Notes under the pieces: generated by a model | Database searches by the model: none | Told to the model about the DNA's origin: nothing | What the model saw: only the letters and a program-made list of their open reading frames with translations | Program-made: the position numbers and the translations under genes | IMG/VR virus record: IMGVR_UViG_2675903408_000004 | Span: 1 to 64,000 of that record | DNA: 64,000 bases | Origin: an uncultured virus (IMG/VR IMGVR_UViG_2675903408_000004) | Lineage: Duplodnaviria; Heunggongvirae; Uroviricota; Caudoviricetes | Direction: 5' to 3' (one strand) | Part shown: positions 49,259-59,347 of the stretch, in pieces | How positions within the stretch are numbered: the first letter of the stretch is position 1 | Layout of the letters: the number at the start of each line of letters is the position of its first letter

Positions 49259-51130
49259 ATGACAGTTGCTTTAAGGATTAATGAAGAGTTAAACGGAATT
49301 GAGCTTTATTTTGAAAGCAAACCAGAACAAGAGGTGTTAACTCATCTTAAATCAAACGGTTTTCGATACTCTGGATTCAAAAAATGCTGGTGGAGCAAAC
49401 GCACAGAAAAGTCTATGCAAGTCGCTAATAGCGTAACAAAACACAAAATTAAATCTTCTAAAACAATCACTAAAATCAAAAAGAAATCTAAGGTCGAAAA
49501 AATTGATTTGTGGGATACAACACAATGGCATGAGTTCGAAGTTAATCAGGAACAAGAAGTTAAAGAAATGGCAAAGGAAATTAGAAAGCATGTAAGACAA
49601 CGTTTCCCACAATGCAAATTCTCTGTCACCACTGGAGGAAGCTATTTACATAGCACTATTAACATTACAATCAAGTCAAGCCCTTATGAAAAAGGTTCAG
49701 TTTATTTGACTGCAATCTATGATTATTGCAACAGTCTTTTAAACAATTATCGCCATTGCTACAGCCCAGCTGATCCATATACTGATTATGCTGGCAGTTA
49801 CAATTTCTATGGTCATGTTTCATTAGATTGGGAATACAAAGAGACAGAACAGACCGAAGAAATTAAAGAAGATATGACATTGTTTGATTCAAAGCTTGAA
49901 GAATTTGAAGAAGCCGAGAAAGCAAGAAAAGAAAAAGAACTTCAGAAATATCTAAAAGAACAAGAAATCAAAAATGCTGAATATAAGAGACAACAACAAG
50001 AAGAAAAGAAACAAATTGAAAATATCTATAGCAGCATTGTAGTAAAACAATTGAACGAAGAACAACAGTATTTTGTTATTGATTCACAGTTCGCAAACTT
50101 AAATAAGAATAGCACACTTGATCAATATAAAGATGAGGTTACCAAAGGAGATTTTACTCTCGAAAATGTAAAAATAACAAAGGAAGTGCATTTCAATATC
50201 AAAGAAGCTCTAATCAACTTTTCTAACATGCTACTAAATGATTTTGATTTCTTATCTGAAACAGGTGGGAGCTTTACGGAAGACAATAGAATCAACTCAA
50301 TGATTGACTTTTACAATATGGACGATTTAGAAAAGAAAACTGTTCAATGGAATTTGTACGGTGTAGGTGTGTACTACAATGGCAAATTACAATTTATTGT
50401 AGATGCTCAAGGCTACTCTTATGCAAGGTATGTCGGTTTAGTGGATAATGCAAAAATTGAAAAGTCGATTTCTCATAAGCAAACGTTAAATGAAGAAGAA
50501 GTACAGGAGTTAAAATATCAAGCAGATAAGTTAGAAGACATTTCAACTTCGGTCATTGAAGAATTAAATATGTTTGAGACTTGGAAAAAGGAAGACTGGA
50601 ACAAATATAAAGCATCATTAAAAGAGAAGTTAAAATTAAAAAAATTCAAGTTGAATAAAAATATTATCCAGCAAGTAGAAATTGAAGAATTGAAAATTTC
50701 TTTATACAGAATTCTCCAGGAAGTTGACAGTATTCAAGAGCAATTCAAAAATGCTGAACTTGAAAAAGGTGAAAAATATACTCTATTCTACATATCTGAT
50801 CTTGGGTCTTTGATTACCGAAAGAGTAACATATGATAGTTATCAGCCAATGAAATATGCTCAATATGATAATGCAATCAAGTTGACATACAAACCCGAAA
50901 ATAAAAGAAATTTATATTATCGTCACTTCTATTCAGATTTATTGATGTTCAAAGGGTGGCACTCACTACCCGACACAGTATTGAATAATGTTGAGGTTAG
51001 ACCAGAGGGGATCAAAATAATTCATAGTAAGTACCACTCTTGTGACAAAAGACAATTTGATGAGGTTTTAGATTATTTAAACGAAAAAAGCTTCAAACCT
51101 TTAATCAATACTTATAAGCCTAGTCTATAA
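49259..51130 (+). CDS. Polyvalent-protein-like product with LPD29-like domain
   Basis: KEMAKEIRKHVRQRFPQCKFSVT and DPYTDYA segments resemble LPD29; SD GGAGAGG before ATG 49259. Confidence 0.6.
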   Translation: MTVALRINEELNGIELYFESKPEQEVLTHLKSNGFRYSGFKKCWWSKRTEKSMQVANSVTKHKIKSSKTITKIKKKSKVEKIDLWDTTQWHEFEVNQEQEVKEMAKEIRKHVRQRFPQCKFSVTTGGSYLHSTINITIKSSPYEKGSVYLTAIYDYCNSLLNNYRHCYSPADPYTDYAGSYNFYGHVSLDWEYKETEQTEEIKEDMTLFDSKLEEFEEAEKARKEKELQKYLKEQEIKNAEYKRQQQEEKKQIENIYSSIVVKQLNEEQQYFVIDSQFANLNKNSTLDQYKDEVTKGDFTLENVKITKEVHFNIKEALINFSNMLLNDFDFLSETGGSFTEDNRINSMIDFYNMDDLEKKTVQWNLYGVGVYYNGKLQFIVDAQGYSYARYVGLVDNAKIEKSISHKQTLNEEEVQELKYQADKLEDISTSVIEELNMFETWKKEDWNKYKASLKEKLKLKKFKLNKNIIQQVEIEELKISLYRILQEVDSIQEQFKNAELEKGEKYTLFYISDLGSLITERVTYDSYQPMKYAQYDNAIKLTYKPENKRNLYYRHFYSDLLMFKGWHSLPDTVLNNVEVRPEGIKIIHSKYHSCDKRQFDEVLDYLNEKSFKPLINTYKPSL

Positions 51131-51178
51131 AGAGGGGATGGGTAAACATCTCATTCCCTCACAAAAGGGGAAATTAAA

Positions 51179-52780
51179 ATGTTTAAAGATAATGTGGATT
51201 TTTATCCAACACCAACGCAATTAATTAGAAAAATGACATCAAAAATAGAATGGAAGCATATTAATTCTGTTCTAGAGCCGTCAGCAGGTAAAGGAAACTT
51301 ATTAGAAGCTATTCACAATCAATTCAAATACACTAAGAACTATAGACGGAATTCGAAATACGATATTGATACAATTGAACAAGATGAAAACTTACGGCAC
51401 ATACTTAAAGGCAAAGATTATAGAGTGATAGCAGATGATTTTCTGACGTTTAGAACATACAAGAAGTACGATTTGATTTTTATGAATCCACCTTTCAGCA
51501 GCGGTGTTAAACACTTATTAAAAGCGATTGAATTAATTGAGAAGCAACAAAGATCCGGCCAAATTGTTTGCCTGTTAAATGCCGAAACGTTTAAAAATCC
51601 ATATTCTAAAGACAGAAAATTTCTTATTCGTAAACTAGAAGAAATAAACGCAGAAGTTGAGTACATTCAAAATGCTTTTTCGAACTCAGAGCGAAGTACA
51701 GAAGTTGAAACGGCACTAATATACATAAGTATTAAAAAACAAGAATATAGCAGTGTTCTGATAGAAGAATTGAAAAAAGATGAGTCTCATAGGGTTAATA
51801 TCGACTATAAAGCAACACAGTTAGTGAATGCAGACTTTATAAAAGGGATTGTAGAACAATTCAATTATGAAATCAAAGCGGGTTTAAAGTTAATCAATGA
51901 ATACAATAGTTTAAAACCCTTAATGCTGCATAGTTTCAATGATAATAGTACTCCAATATTGAGGCTTCAAATTGATAAGAATAACGAAGAAAATGATATA
52001 GAGAATGCATATATAAAACAAATTAGGGAGAAGTATTGGAATACGTTATTTAATAATGATCAATTTATGGGGCTCTTTACAAGCAATCTGAAGCGAAAAT
52101 ATTTACAGCATGTTGAGGAATTAAAAGACTATGACTTTTCTTTATTCAATATCTATACATTAAGAATTCAGATGAGCAAAGAGATGACACAGGGGGTAGA
52201 GGACACAATACTTAATCTTTTTGAAGAATTTAGCCACAAACATTATTATGATGAATCATCAAAAAATGTGCACTTATATAATGGGTGGAAAACAAATAAG
52301 TCGTACAAGATTAACAAAAAAGTGATTATCCCATTGAACGGTTATAGCTGGCTAGATGGTCGGTATACTCCAACAGACTATAAGGTCTTAGAAAAGTTGA
52401 AAGATATCGAAAAAGTTTTCAATTATCTTGACAATGGACTGACAGAAGACATAAATATTGATGAAACTCTAAAATTAGCTGAGCATTATGGGGAGACGAG
52501 GAAAATAGAGTTAAAGTACTTCTATTTAACTTTCTATAAAAAAGGAACGTGTCATATTGAATTTAAAGATATGGAAATTCTAAAGAAATTTAATATTTTT
52601 GGTAGCCAAAAGAAAAACTGGCTTCCTCCATCATATGGGAAGGTTAAGTATCAAGATATGACAACAGAAGAAAAAGACGTAATCAATGATTTTGAGGGTG
52701 AACAATCTTACGGGGAAACTATAAATAATATATCTTATTACATGATGGATACATCAAAACTTTTATTGCTTAATTCATAA
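51179..52780 (+). CDS. Orphan N6-adenine DNA methyltransferase (DUF4942-type)
   Basis: DFYPTP, LEPSAGKG (motif I), NPPF (motif IV), C-terminal YKKGTCHIEF. Confidence 0.85.
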   Translation: MFKDNVDFYPTPTQLIRKMTSKIEWKHINSVLEPSAGKGNLLEAIHNQFKYTKNYRRNSKYDIDTIEQDENLRHILKGKDYRVIADDFLTFRTYKKYDLIFMNPPFSSGVKHLLKAIELIEKQQRSGQIVCLLNAETFKNPYSKDRKFLIRKLEEINAEVEYIQNAFSNSERSTEVETALIYISIKKQEYSSVLIEELKKDESHRVNIDYKATQLVNADFIKGIVEQFNYEIKAGLKLINEYNSLKPLMLHSFNDNSTPILRLQIDKNNEENDIENAYIKQIREKYWNTLFNNDQFMGLFTSNLKRKYLQHVEELKDYDFSLFNIYTLRIQMSKEMTQGVEDTILNLFEEFSHKHYYDESSKNVHLYNGWKTNKSYKINKKVIIPLNGYSWLDGRYTPTDYKVLEKLKDIEKVFNYLDNGLTEDINIDETLKLAEHYGETRKIELKYFYLTFYKKGTCHIEFKDMEILKKFNIFGSQKKNWLPPSYGKVKYQDMTTEEKDVINDFEGEQSYGETINNISYYMMDTSKLLLLNS

Positions 52781-52807
52781 TTCTAAACAATCGTTGATTT
52801 CTAGATT

Positions 52808-52858
52808 TAGAATAAAAATAAAATTACTATTTATAATTTAAAGCGATCATGGTATACT
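52808..52858 (+). promoter_or_regulatory. sigmaA early promoter with upstream repeated motif
   Basis: TAGAATAAAAATAAAAT then TTTATA-17-TGnTATACT. Confidence 0.65.
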
Positions 52859-52945
52859 TTAATCAAGTTAAAAATACAGTAATGATTACATAATTTAAGG
52901 ATCAAAATAAAATGCATATTTTATACAGAATGAGGGTGTAAAGAG

Positions 52946-53197
52946 ATGAAAAGATATACAGGTAAAACAATGCTGGCTATGGTCTTCGGTTGGGATAATA
53001 GCGACATGGCGGAATGTCAATACAAATCGGGTAGAACTGATAGACCAGTATTCGTAATAAATGAAGATTATTATTGTGCTGTTAAGATAGGGCAGAAACC
53101 TGCAAAGAATTATGAAGGCATTGAATGGGATTGGGAGAAAGTGAAATCTTCTTTCGCTGAGTCGAATGGTTGGCAAGTTTGGAAAGCTAAAGGTTAA
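52946..53197 (+). CDS. Hypothetical protein
   Basis: ORF with SD, first gene after promoter. Confidence 0.7.
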   Translation: MKRYTGKTMLAMVFGWDNSDMAECQYKSGRTDRPVFVINEDYYCAVKIGQKPAKNYEGIEWDWEKVKSSFAESNGWQVWKAKG

Positions 53198-53226
53198 AAG
53201 ATTTAAATAGAATGGGAGAGATTGAA

Positions 53227-53445
53227 ATGACTTGGAAAATGCCTGAGTGGATGGAAAAATATTGCATTGGTGAATATTTAATATATGACAAACAACAAAT
53301 TGAAACGCATATGAATACAGGTTCTAATGTAAACACGTCCAATAACGCTGTATTAGCTCTTATGGTTATGAGTACAAAATCAAAAGTAGAGCTATTAGAG
53401 AAATTACACAGTGAGGGTTTGCTGTGTGAAAAGAACAATTCATAA
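53227..53445 (+). CDS. Hypothetical protein
   Basis: SD GGGAGAG before ATG 53227. Confidence 0.65.
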   Translation: MTWKMPEWMEKYCIGEYLIYDKQQIETHMNTGSNVNTSNNAVLALMVMSTKSKVELLEKLHSEGLLCEKNNS

Positions 53446-53464
53446 ACAGAATGGAGAGATTGAA

Positions 53465-53602
53465 ATGAAAGAAGTTAGCCACAACGAATGGATGAATACA
53501 GTTAAGAAGTTGAATGAAGAGCAACCAAGCGTTATTGATCTGGTTAATCAGCAAATTGAATCATATGAGAATGATAAAGAGGGCAGGGATGAAAATGAAT
53601 GA
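53465..53602 (+). CDS. Hypothetical small protein
   Basis: SD GGAGAG before ATG 53465. Confidence 0.55.
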   Translation: MKEVSHNEWMNTVKKLNEEQPSVIDLVNQQIESYENDKEGRDENE

Positions 53603-53792
53603 GGGTACAGTGAAACAATACCTTGAAACAGTCTTTAAATTGGATGGGTTAGAATTTATGTTTAATGACGGTGGAAAAATTGTTTTCTCTAGTCCTACAG
53701 GGGATGTTGTTGTCTGTATCGAGACAAGAAAAGTTTATGATCATGAGGAAAATTTAATAGGTGAAATCAATTCAATGTATAACATGGGTTGA
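53595..53792 (+). CDS. Hypothetical protein
   Basis: Coupled to the previous ORF. Confidence 0.6.
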   Translation: MNEGTVKQYLETVFKLDGLEFMFNDGGKIVFSSPTGDVVVCIETRKVYDHEENLIGEINSMYNMG

Positions 53793-53801
53793 AAAGGTGA
53801 C

Positions 53802-54038
53802 GTGAAGATGACAAAGAATAACTTAGTCTGGCAGTTGCCTGTTATCCAAAGTAATCTAACAGATCATGATTGGGTACATCCAAAGGCGAAATATCACGCT
53901 TTTATTGATAACAAGTCTGTTTGTGGAAAGTATGGTCAAAGCACAGATTACTTTGAAACAGGAATCGAAGAATCTAAGCTAATGGCAAACAAGGATTGGG
54001 CTTGCAAAGTATGTTTGAGAAAGTTAGGACTTTCTTAA
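53802..54038 (+). CDS. Hypothetical Zn-binding protein
   Basis: H...C...CxxC pattern (YHAF, SVCG, CKVC). Confidence 0.65.
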   Translation: MKMTKNNLVWQLPVIQSNLTDHDWVHPKAKYHAFIDNKSVCGKYGQSTDYFETGIEESKLMANKDWACKVCLRKLGLS

Positions 54039-54063
54039 ATTCAAAGAAATGGAGAGATTGCAA

Positions 54064-54339
54064 ATGACGGAACAAAACAAAAATACTTGGGGATTAGCTT
54101 TTTATGAGCTTAATCATGAAAAAAATGAAATTAATCAATTATTAGGATTGAACTTAGGTACAGAGCAGAAAGCAAAAGAAGTATTTGATCGGATAAAGAA
54201 TGAATTTAAAAAGAATGAAGGTAAGCCTGACTCAATTATTGATTTGATTGATGAAAACTACAATATTATTGAAGATTATCCACTTACTAAAAATCAACTT
54301 GTCACTGTTGCTTCATTGCTAGGGCATGAGATTAAGTGA
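54064..54339 (+). CDS. Hypothetical protein
   Basis: SD GGAGAG before ATG 54064. Confidence 0.65.
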   Translation: MTEQNKNTWGLAFYELNHEKNEINQLLGLNLGTEQKAKEVFDRIKNEFKKNEGKPDSIIDLIDENYNIIEDYPLTKNQLVTVASLLGHEIK

Positions 54340-54353
54340 GGGGTATAACTGAA

Positions 54354-54680
54354 ATGAAAAAGCCGAGGAATCGTGAGGAAAGGATTAAGTTCATTTTGAA
54401 GAAGCTAGGTTCTGACAATGCAATACTAGCATACCTAGCAACTTTAAATGACAGGCAGTTGAAAGCCTATTTCGACATGAGTTATCCAGTTTTGAAAGAT
54501 AAAGAAGATTATATTTCTCCACCATATTCTCCGCCAGAATGTCTTGTTTGCGAAAATGAAGTCACTATTCAGTATGATTGTTCATGTGGAAATGCGATTA
54601 TTGACCCACATGATACTGCATTACAGCAACTTAAAGATAGTGGAGAATTTGAAAGAATACGCAAAGAATGGAGAGTTTAG
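54354..54680 (+). CDS. Hypothetical Zn-ribbon protein
   Basis: CLVC...CSC. Confidence 0.65.
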   Translation: MKKPRNREERIKFILKKLGSDNAILAYLATLNDRQLKAYFDMSYPVLKDKEDYISPPYSPPECLVCENEVTIQYDCSCGNAIIDPHDTALQQLKDSGEFERIRKEWRV

Positions 54681-54720
54681 ATAAAACAACAATTTTAAAG
54701 AAAAGGGACAAAAATAAAAT

Positions 54721-54771
54721 TAGAGTAAAAATAAAATAAATATTGATAACTTAAAATGATCATGTTATTAT
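54721..54771 (+). promoter_or_regulatory. sigmaA early promoter with upstream repeated motif
   Basis: TAGAGTAAAAATAAAAT then TTGATA-17-TGnTATTAT. Confidence 0.7.
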
Positions 54772-54807
54772 AAGATTAAAGAAAAAACATAGAGACGAGG
54801 AGAACCG

Positions 54808-55119
54808 ATGCTACCAACTTCATTGAAATCAAAAGTACAGCGAACCTTAACAAAGGGAGGTTTCAGAAAATCAGAAAGTTCTAAGAGTAGAGTGAAAGGT
54901 CTAAGTAATCAATCCGCAGGTTTTAAGTTTGAAAAATTATGGGATGATTATTATCTTTTTTATACTAGTGGGAATATGGCTTTTCGTGGGATGCCGACAG
55001 AGGAAAAAGATAAACATACTGAAAAAATGTATAAGTTTTTAATTGATCAAGGACTTGAACAATATATCGAAATAACAGAACTAAGAAATCAAAAGGCCAT
55101 TTTGTTAAAGCCTGAGTAA
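54808..55119 (+). CDS. Hypothetical protein
   Basis: SD GAGGAG; 103 aa. Confidence 0.7.
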   Translation: MLPTSLKSKVQRTLTKGGFRKSESSKSRVKGLSNQSAGFKFEKLWDDYYLFYTSGNMAFRGMPTEEKDKHTEKMYKFLIDQGLEQYIEITELRNQKAILLKPE

Positions 55120-55139
55120 ATTATCTGGAGGAATTGGAA

Positions 55140-55357
55140 TTGAACAAACAAGAAATAATCGGAATGTATACCTTTGAAAGTTAAAACGTAAAGAGAAAAG
55201 GCTTCAAAAGCTTCAGGAAAAGGACAGTGACTTTTCTTATGAATTGCTTCCAAATGAAACCGTTCAGCTAAATGTGTTACAAGCCGAAGTGCGATTATTA
55301 AAGGAAGTTATAGAAGATATTCTTTCACTAAATGAAGTAGGTGACAACAATGATTAA
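55140..55357 (+). pseudogene. Probable frameshifted small gene
   Basis: SD GGAGG and TTG start give only 14 codons; another frame continues KRKEKRLQKLQEKD...EVIEDIL to 55357. Confidence 0.45.
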
Positions 55358-55577
55358 ATCAAATTTAAAGCCCATAATAGACGAAAGAAAGATCAGTATC
55401 CGGAAGCTATCTAGAGATATTGATCATGAGTATCCAACCGTCAGAAAGCTTTATAATGACGAAATGGAGAGGTATCCGAGAGAGCTGTTGGATAAGGTAT
55501 GTACATACTTAAACATCGAACTGCAGGAATTGCTGATATTCGAAAAAGGTCATAATCATATCGATCGCTCAGGATGA
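55350..55577 (+). CDS. yopB: Cro/C1-type HTH regulator
   Basis: [25 protein letters not shown]; 75 aa. Confidence 0.8.
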   Translation: MIKSNLKPIIDERKISIRKLSRDIDHEYPTVRKLYNDEMERYPRELLDKVCTYLNIELQELLIFEKGHNHIDRSG

Positions 55578-55676
55578 AAATGATATACTAAAGTTACAAG
55601 CATAGGAAGTAATTACAATTTTTCTAGGTCTACATAAAGTGAAGTTCAGATAAAAGTGGATAGGAGAGAAAGCAAA

Positions 55677-56063
55677 ATGAGAGAAGAAATTAAAGTGCTA
55701 AAAGAGGAAATTGGTGAACTAGAGATAGCATTAGGCGAAAGTAATAACAGAACTGTTTCATTAGTCCTTCAGGAGGCTATCGAGAACCGATTATCAGAAA
55801 TAGAAAAACTTAAGCCTAATGGATATGTATTAGCAAACGTAGCTCTTAAGGATGGTACTGAACTGAAAAAATGCTTAGTCTTTACGGTCGAAGATCAGAT
55901 GGGATCAGAAGCCGTATCTGATATAGAAGATGCAGAGAATCTCTTCAAGAATGAGGAAGAAATTTACTTGCAACAAGAATATGTTGATGGCAATTTCTCT
56001 GGAGACATTGTAGTTTCTGAAATTGCAACATATCAATTATCATATGAAAATGAAGCTTCTTAA
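55677..56063 (+). CDS. Acidic hypothetical protein
   Basis: SD AGGAG before ATG 55677. Confidence 0.7.
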   Translation: MREEIKVLKEEIGELEIALGESNNRTVSLVLQEAIENRLSEIEKLKPNGYVLANVALKDGTELKKCLVFTVEDQMGSEAVSDIEDAENLFKNEEEIYLQQEYVDGNFSGDIVVSEIATYQLSYENEAS

Positions 56064-56100
56064 TAAAATCGTACTTTCATAGGGAATAGGAGAGGCTACA

Positions 56101-56337
56101 ATGCAAAATACAGTAAAAGTAACTTTCAATGTAAACGGTGTAGAAATCAAAACAGATGCGGGTGTACCACAAATGCCAAATGGTATTAATGCTGACAATA
56201 TGATTGTTTTGCATGCAAAAAGCAATTTGAAGAAAAATCTAGGCGTTGATATTTTTGAGGTTATGAATGCAGAGCATTACGAAGATATCGAACATCTCGT
56301 GACTATTGACAAATCAGGCTATACTCAAGGTGTTTAA
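56101..56337 (+). CDS. Hypothetical protein
   Basis: SD GGAGAGG. Confidence 0.7.
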   Translation: MQNTVKVTFNVNGVEIKTDAGVPQMPNGINADNMIVLHAKSNLKKNLGVDIFEVMNAEHYEDIEHLVTIDKSGYTQGV

Positions 56338-56378
56338 ATAAAATCATTCTATTATCAAAATTAGAGAGGGGCAAATTT

Positions 56379-56927
56379 ATGAACTATAAAGGCAAAATAA
56401 ATACTGAGTTCTTATTGAAATTAAATGAGTGTATTAACTTTCTTCCAGATGACCATAACAACTTAAATTGGACTATTGTGTTTTATGATCAACAAAACTT
56501 TATTAATGATCATAAGGATAATAAAGTGTATTCGAAAGAACATTACAATAAAATATTAGATAAAAATTCACTTGCTTCAGGATCTACAGTGAGTGAAATT
56601 AAAGAAATCCATCTGTTCCTTTTTAAATATGAATTCACTCCAGCTGATTTAATAAAATTAATCGGAAACATTTATCATGAAATTAGACATGCATGGCAAT
56701 ACTCCAATAATATTTATGAAATAGAAAACGAAATCTCTCCTTACGAAGATTTTGAAGCTTATATTAAACAGCCCTGGGAACAAGATGCATATAAGTTTCA
56801 GTTGAAATATATGAGAGTACATTATAACAAGATTTTAGAAATTTTTAATCTGAAAAACTATGTTGTCCCTGTTTACAATTTTCATGAAGATATAATGAAA
56901 TTTATTAACGAGGAAATAATCAAATAA
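56379..56927 (+). CDS. Zincin-like metallopeptidase domain protein
   Basis: YHEIRHAWQ (HExxH) and downstream PWEQDA. Confidence 0.7.
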   Translation: MNYKGKINTEFLLKLNECINFLPDDHNNLNWTIVFYDQQNFINDHKDNKVYSKEHYNKILDKNSLASGSTVSEIKEIHLFLFKYEFTPADLIKLIGNIYHEIRHAWQYSNNIYEIENEISPYEDFEAYIKQPWEQDAYKFQLKYMRVHYNKILEIFNLKNYVVPVYNFHEDIMKFINEEIIK

Positions 56928-56962
56928 ATTAAAAAATGATCTGTTTTAAAGTTAATCTATCT

Positions 56963-56992
56963 AAAAAGAGCATTAATTTAAATGCTCTTTTT
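56963..56992. terminator. Bidirectional terminator
   Basis: AAAAAGAGCATT / AATGCTCTTTTT. Confidence 0.75.
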
Positions 56993-57157
56993 CATACCGC
57001 AACGCCGGCATTCACGTAAGAATATCCCACTCTTCACAGAGCTTTTGAACAAAGTGTAATCGCAATTGTCGCAGCGACCGTATTTTACATCAGGATACTC
57101 TTTGTAATCATAAACGATTGAAGTATCATACCCGTTTGTTTCGTATTTCTCTTCCAC
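56978..57157 (-). CDS. 59-aa Zn-ribbon protein (YoyH-like)
   Basis: Manual translation MEEKYETNGYD...CDNC...CRRCGMKKSI; SD AGGTGA. Confidence 0.7.
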   Translation of the reverse strand: MEEKYETNGYDTSIVYDYKEYPDVKYGRCDNCDYTLFKSSVKSGIFLRECRRCGMKKSI

Positions 57158-57227
57158 AAGATCACCTACATAATTTATTCGACATACTCAAGAATAGCAA
57201 ATTTCGTTCGATATAGGGAGGGAACAA

Positions 57228-57478
57228 ATGATTGGTTTAGCTTAGTTTTTAATTATTTGGCTTGGAGTTGGATTATTGACTGGCATTAAGTTTATTTTTG
57301 TTGATCAGGTCTATGATGAAGAGTTTAAAGAACTCATGGATAAAGAAACAGCAGATGCATGGAAAGGAATTTGGCCAGCCTATTTTTCAAAAATAAGCTT
57401 AACGTTATTGCCTTTTTCATGTTAATTGGTCTGCTGCCATTAGCAATGAGGATTACAAAATTATTTAAAAGAGGTTGA
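57228..57478 (+). pseudogene. yopE: yopE-like membrane protein pseudogene
   Basis: SD GGGAGG; ATG ATT GGT TTA GCT TAG premature stop, plus a frameshift near 57355. Confidence 0.65.
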
Positions 57479-57481
57479 TTT

Positions 57482-57697
57482 ATGCCTTTGCTTGATTATT
57501 TTTATGTGTTGCAGTTTGAAAACAATGAATACTTCAAATCATTTAAGTTAGATGAGAGCGGTTATTTGACATCCAGTGACCTCCACGAAGCTTCTAAAAT
57601 GTACAATATGTTAGAAGTCATTGAGGTTGCAAGTGAGCTCAAAACAAAGTGTAATGTCCAATGTGAGGTAAGGGAAATCCAAGTCGTAAAGCGTTAG
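57482..57697 (+). CDS. yopF: YopF-like hypothetical protein
   Basis: SD GAGG; 71 aa; synteny. Confidence 0.7.
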   Translation: MPLLDYFYVLQFENNEYFKSFKLDESGYLTSSDLHEASKMYNMLEVIEVASELKTKCNVQCEVREIQVVKR

Positions 57698-57897
57698 GAG
57701 TATTTAGGTGTATTGGATAGAGTGGATTGAGGATGGGGAAAAGAAAAGCATTGTGGCAGAAGGTTGGATTGAATGGGTTGCCATACTTGAAGACTTGTAT
57801 CAGAAGCGGTTTGAGTGTGTTGAATGGAAGCGGCTTTGAAAAGGGTTGTAAACAAAAATAGAAAGGTAAAAGAAAACAGGCAGGGGAGAGTGCACTC

Positions 57898-58611
57898 GTG
57901 TTTAAAACAGAAGTAAATGAATTTTCTCATAAAATAAAAAGTTTTAACGAGAAATTTCTAACGAATTTTGAACAAAATATAAATAAAATGCTAGATCCTT
58001 TAGATTTTAAATATAAGAGTGTAATGATAAGTCATGGGTTTCCGCCAAATGGAAACGTTCCACTTCGTTTAACAATTGATGTAGCAAAGATTTTTGATTA
58101 TTCGGAAGGAGACAAAGAGAAGGAATTTTATTATCTTCTATTTAAATATTATGACCATTTTAGAGTTAAATACTTATTAAAAAGCTGGAGTAACATAGAT
58201 TGGCTAAAGCGTAGGGTTCCTTTGTTAGAGGAAGCTGTGTTTGCACACAATAACGATTTGTTTTTTCTTTCAATACCTATATTTCTAAGTCAACTTGAAG
58301 GGGCGATTGCTGACGGAACTGGGCATGTTGGAAAAATGAATTTTTCTTTAGTAAAGGATAAGCTAAAGAGTATATTGGTTAACCAGAAGCTCTTTAAATA
58401 TGACAAAGAAATTGAAGAGTTTTATATAGAGACTGTACTAAATGGATTTGAACATAATCAGAACATTCCTGTTTTTAGTCGTCATGCGATATTACACGGA
58501 GGGGATATTGAATATGGAACAAAAGAAAACTCATTGAAGGCCATTATTTTATTTGATTACATAATTAAAAAAATTGAAAAGGAAAGTAGAGGGCAAACAA
58601 TTGTTAATTAG
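57898..58611 (+). CDS. Hypothetical protein (possible HEPN-like RHxxxH motif)
   Basis: SRHAILHG motif near C-terminus. Confidence 0.65.
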   Translation: MFKTEVNEFSHKIKSFNEKFLTNFEQNINKMLDPLDFKYKSVMISHGFPPNGNVPLRLTIDVAKIFDYSEGDKEKEFYYLLFKYYDHFRVKYLLKSWSNIDWLKRRVPLLEEAVFAHNNDLFFLSIPIFLSQLEGAIADGTGHVGKMNFSLVKDKLKSILVNQKLFKYDKEIEEFYIETVLNGFEHNQNIPVFSRHAILHGGDIEYGTKENSLKAIILFDYIIKKIEKESRGQTIVN

Positions 58612-59347
58612 TGAGTATTTAAAGATTATTAACGGTGCAACGTTTATTAAAAATTCAAAAGTTAATGACAATGTAGTACTTATTGAATACTTCTCTTCTT
58701 TTTGTGACTACAAAGATATAAATAAATGCTCCAGTATAACAGAAGAAGACTTTGAAAATTATTTTAACAGCGGGGATAAAATTTTGAAAATTGTGGTTGG
58801 TGAACCAGCAAGGATATTTAGGGAATTTTCAAACATATCAGCTGTAATAATAAAGCTTCAGGAAATTTCTTATTGTATAACCAGAGCATCTTTAGGTTCT
58901 TTAACGAATTTAAATATAAGTGATCTTTCCACAGAAAACGAATCGTGGAGAAACTTTGCAAATGAACACATTTATAATAAATTGAATCGTCAAAAATTGT
59001 ATAGCCAAATAAATAATTTTACAGCAGATCTGCATTTGAGAATTGGCCACAATAATTTGACCTTGGATCAATCATTGCAAGTTTTAAACAGCAAAATTGA
59101 GAAAGGAGAAGCAAGAATACTTAATAACGGAACAATTGAGTTTGCAGCTCCAGGTACGTTTGATGAACCAGATAAAAAGAACAGTAAATATTCGCTGTTT
59201 TTCTTTCAAGGTGCATTAAGAGCAGCAGGAGAGTTTATAACAAAAAAAGTACTTGATGGTAGTCTGTTAGATTCAATTAAAGACTTTTTGAATGAAAAAG
59301 TTGTTATTTCAAATGATATTAATTTAGAAGTGGAGAAACCAATATGA
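58574..59347 (+). CDS. Hypothetical protein (start may be TTG 58601)
   Basis: Long low-GC ORF overlapping both neighbours. Confidence 0.65.
   Translation: MKRKVEGKQLLISEYLKIINGATFIKNSKVNDNVVLIEYFSSFCDYKDINKCSSITEEDFENYFNSGDKILKIVVGEPARIFREFSNISAVIIKLQEISYCITRASLGSLTNLNISDLSTENESWRNFANEHIYNKLNRQKLYSQINNFTADLHLRIGHNNLTLDQSLQVLNSKIEKGEARILNNGTIEFAAPGTFDEPDKKNSKYSLFFFQGALRAAGEFITKKVLDGSLLDSIKDFLNEKVVISNDINLEVEKPI

Noticed and set aside
57694..57930. 78-aa minus-strand ORF
   Set aside because: Overlaps plus-strand genes at both ends; no SD; not supportable.
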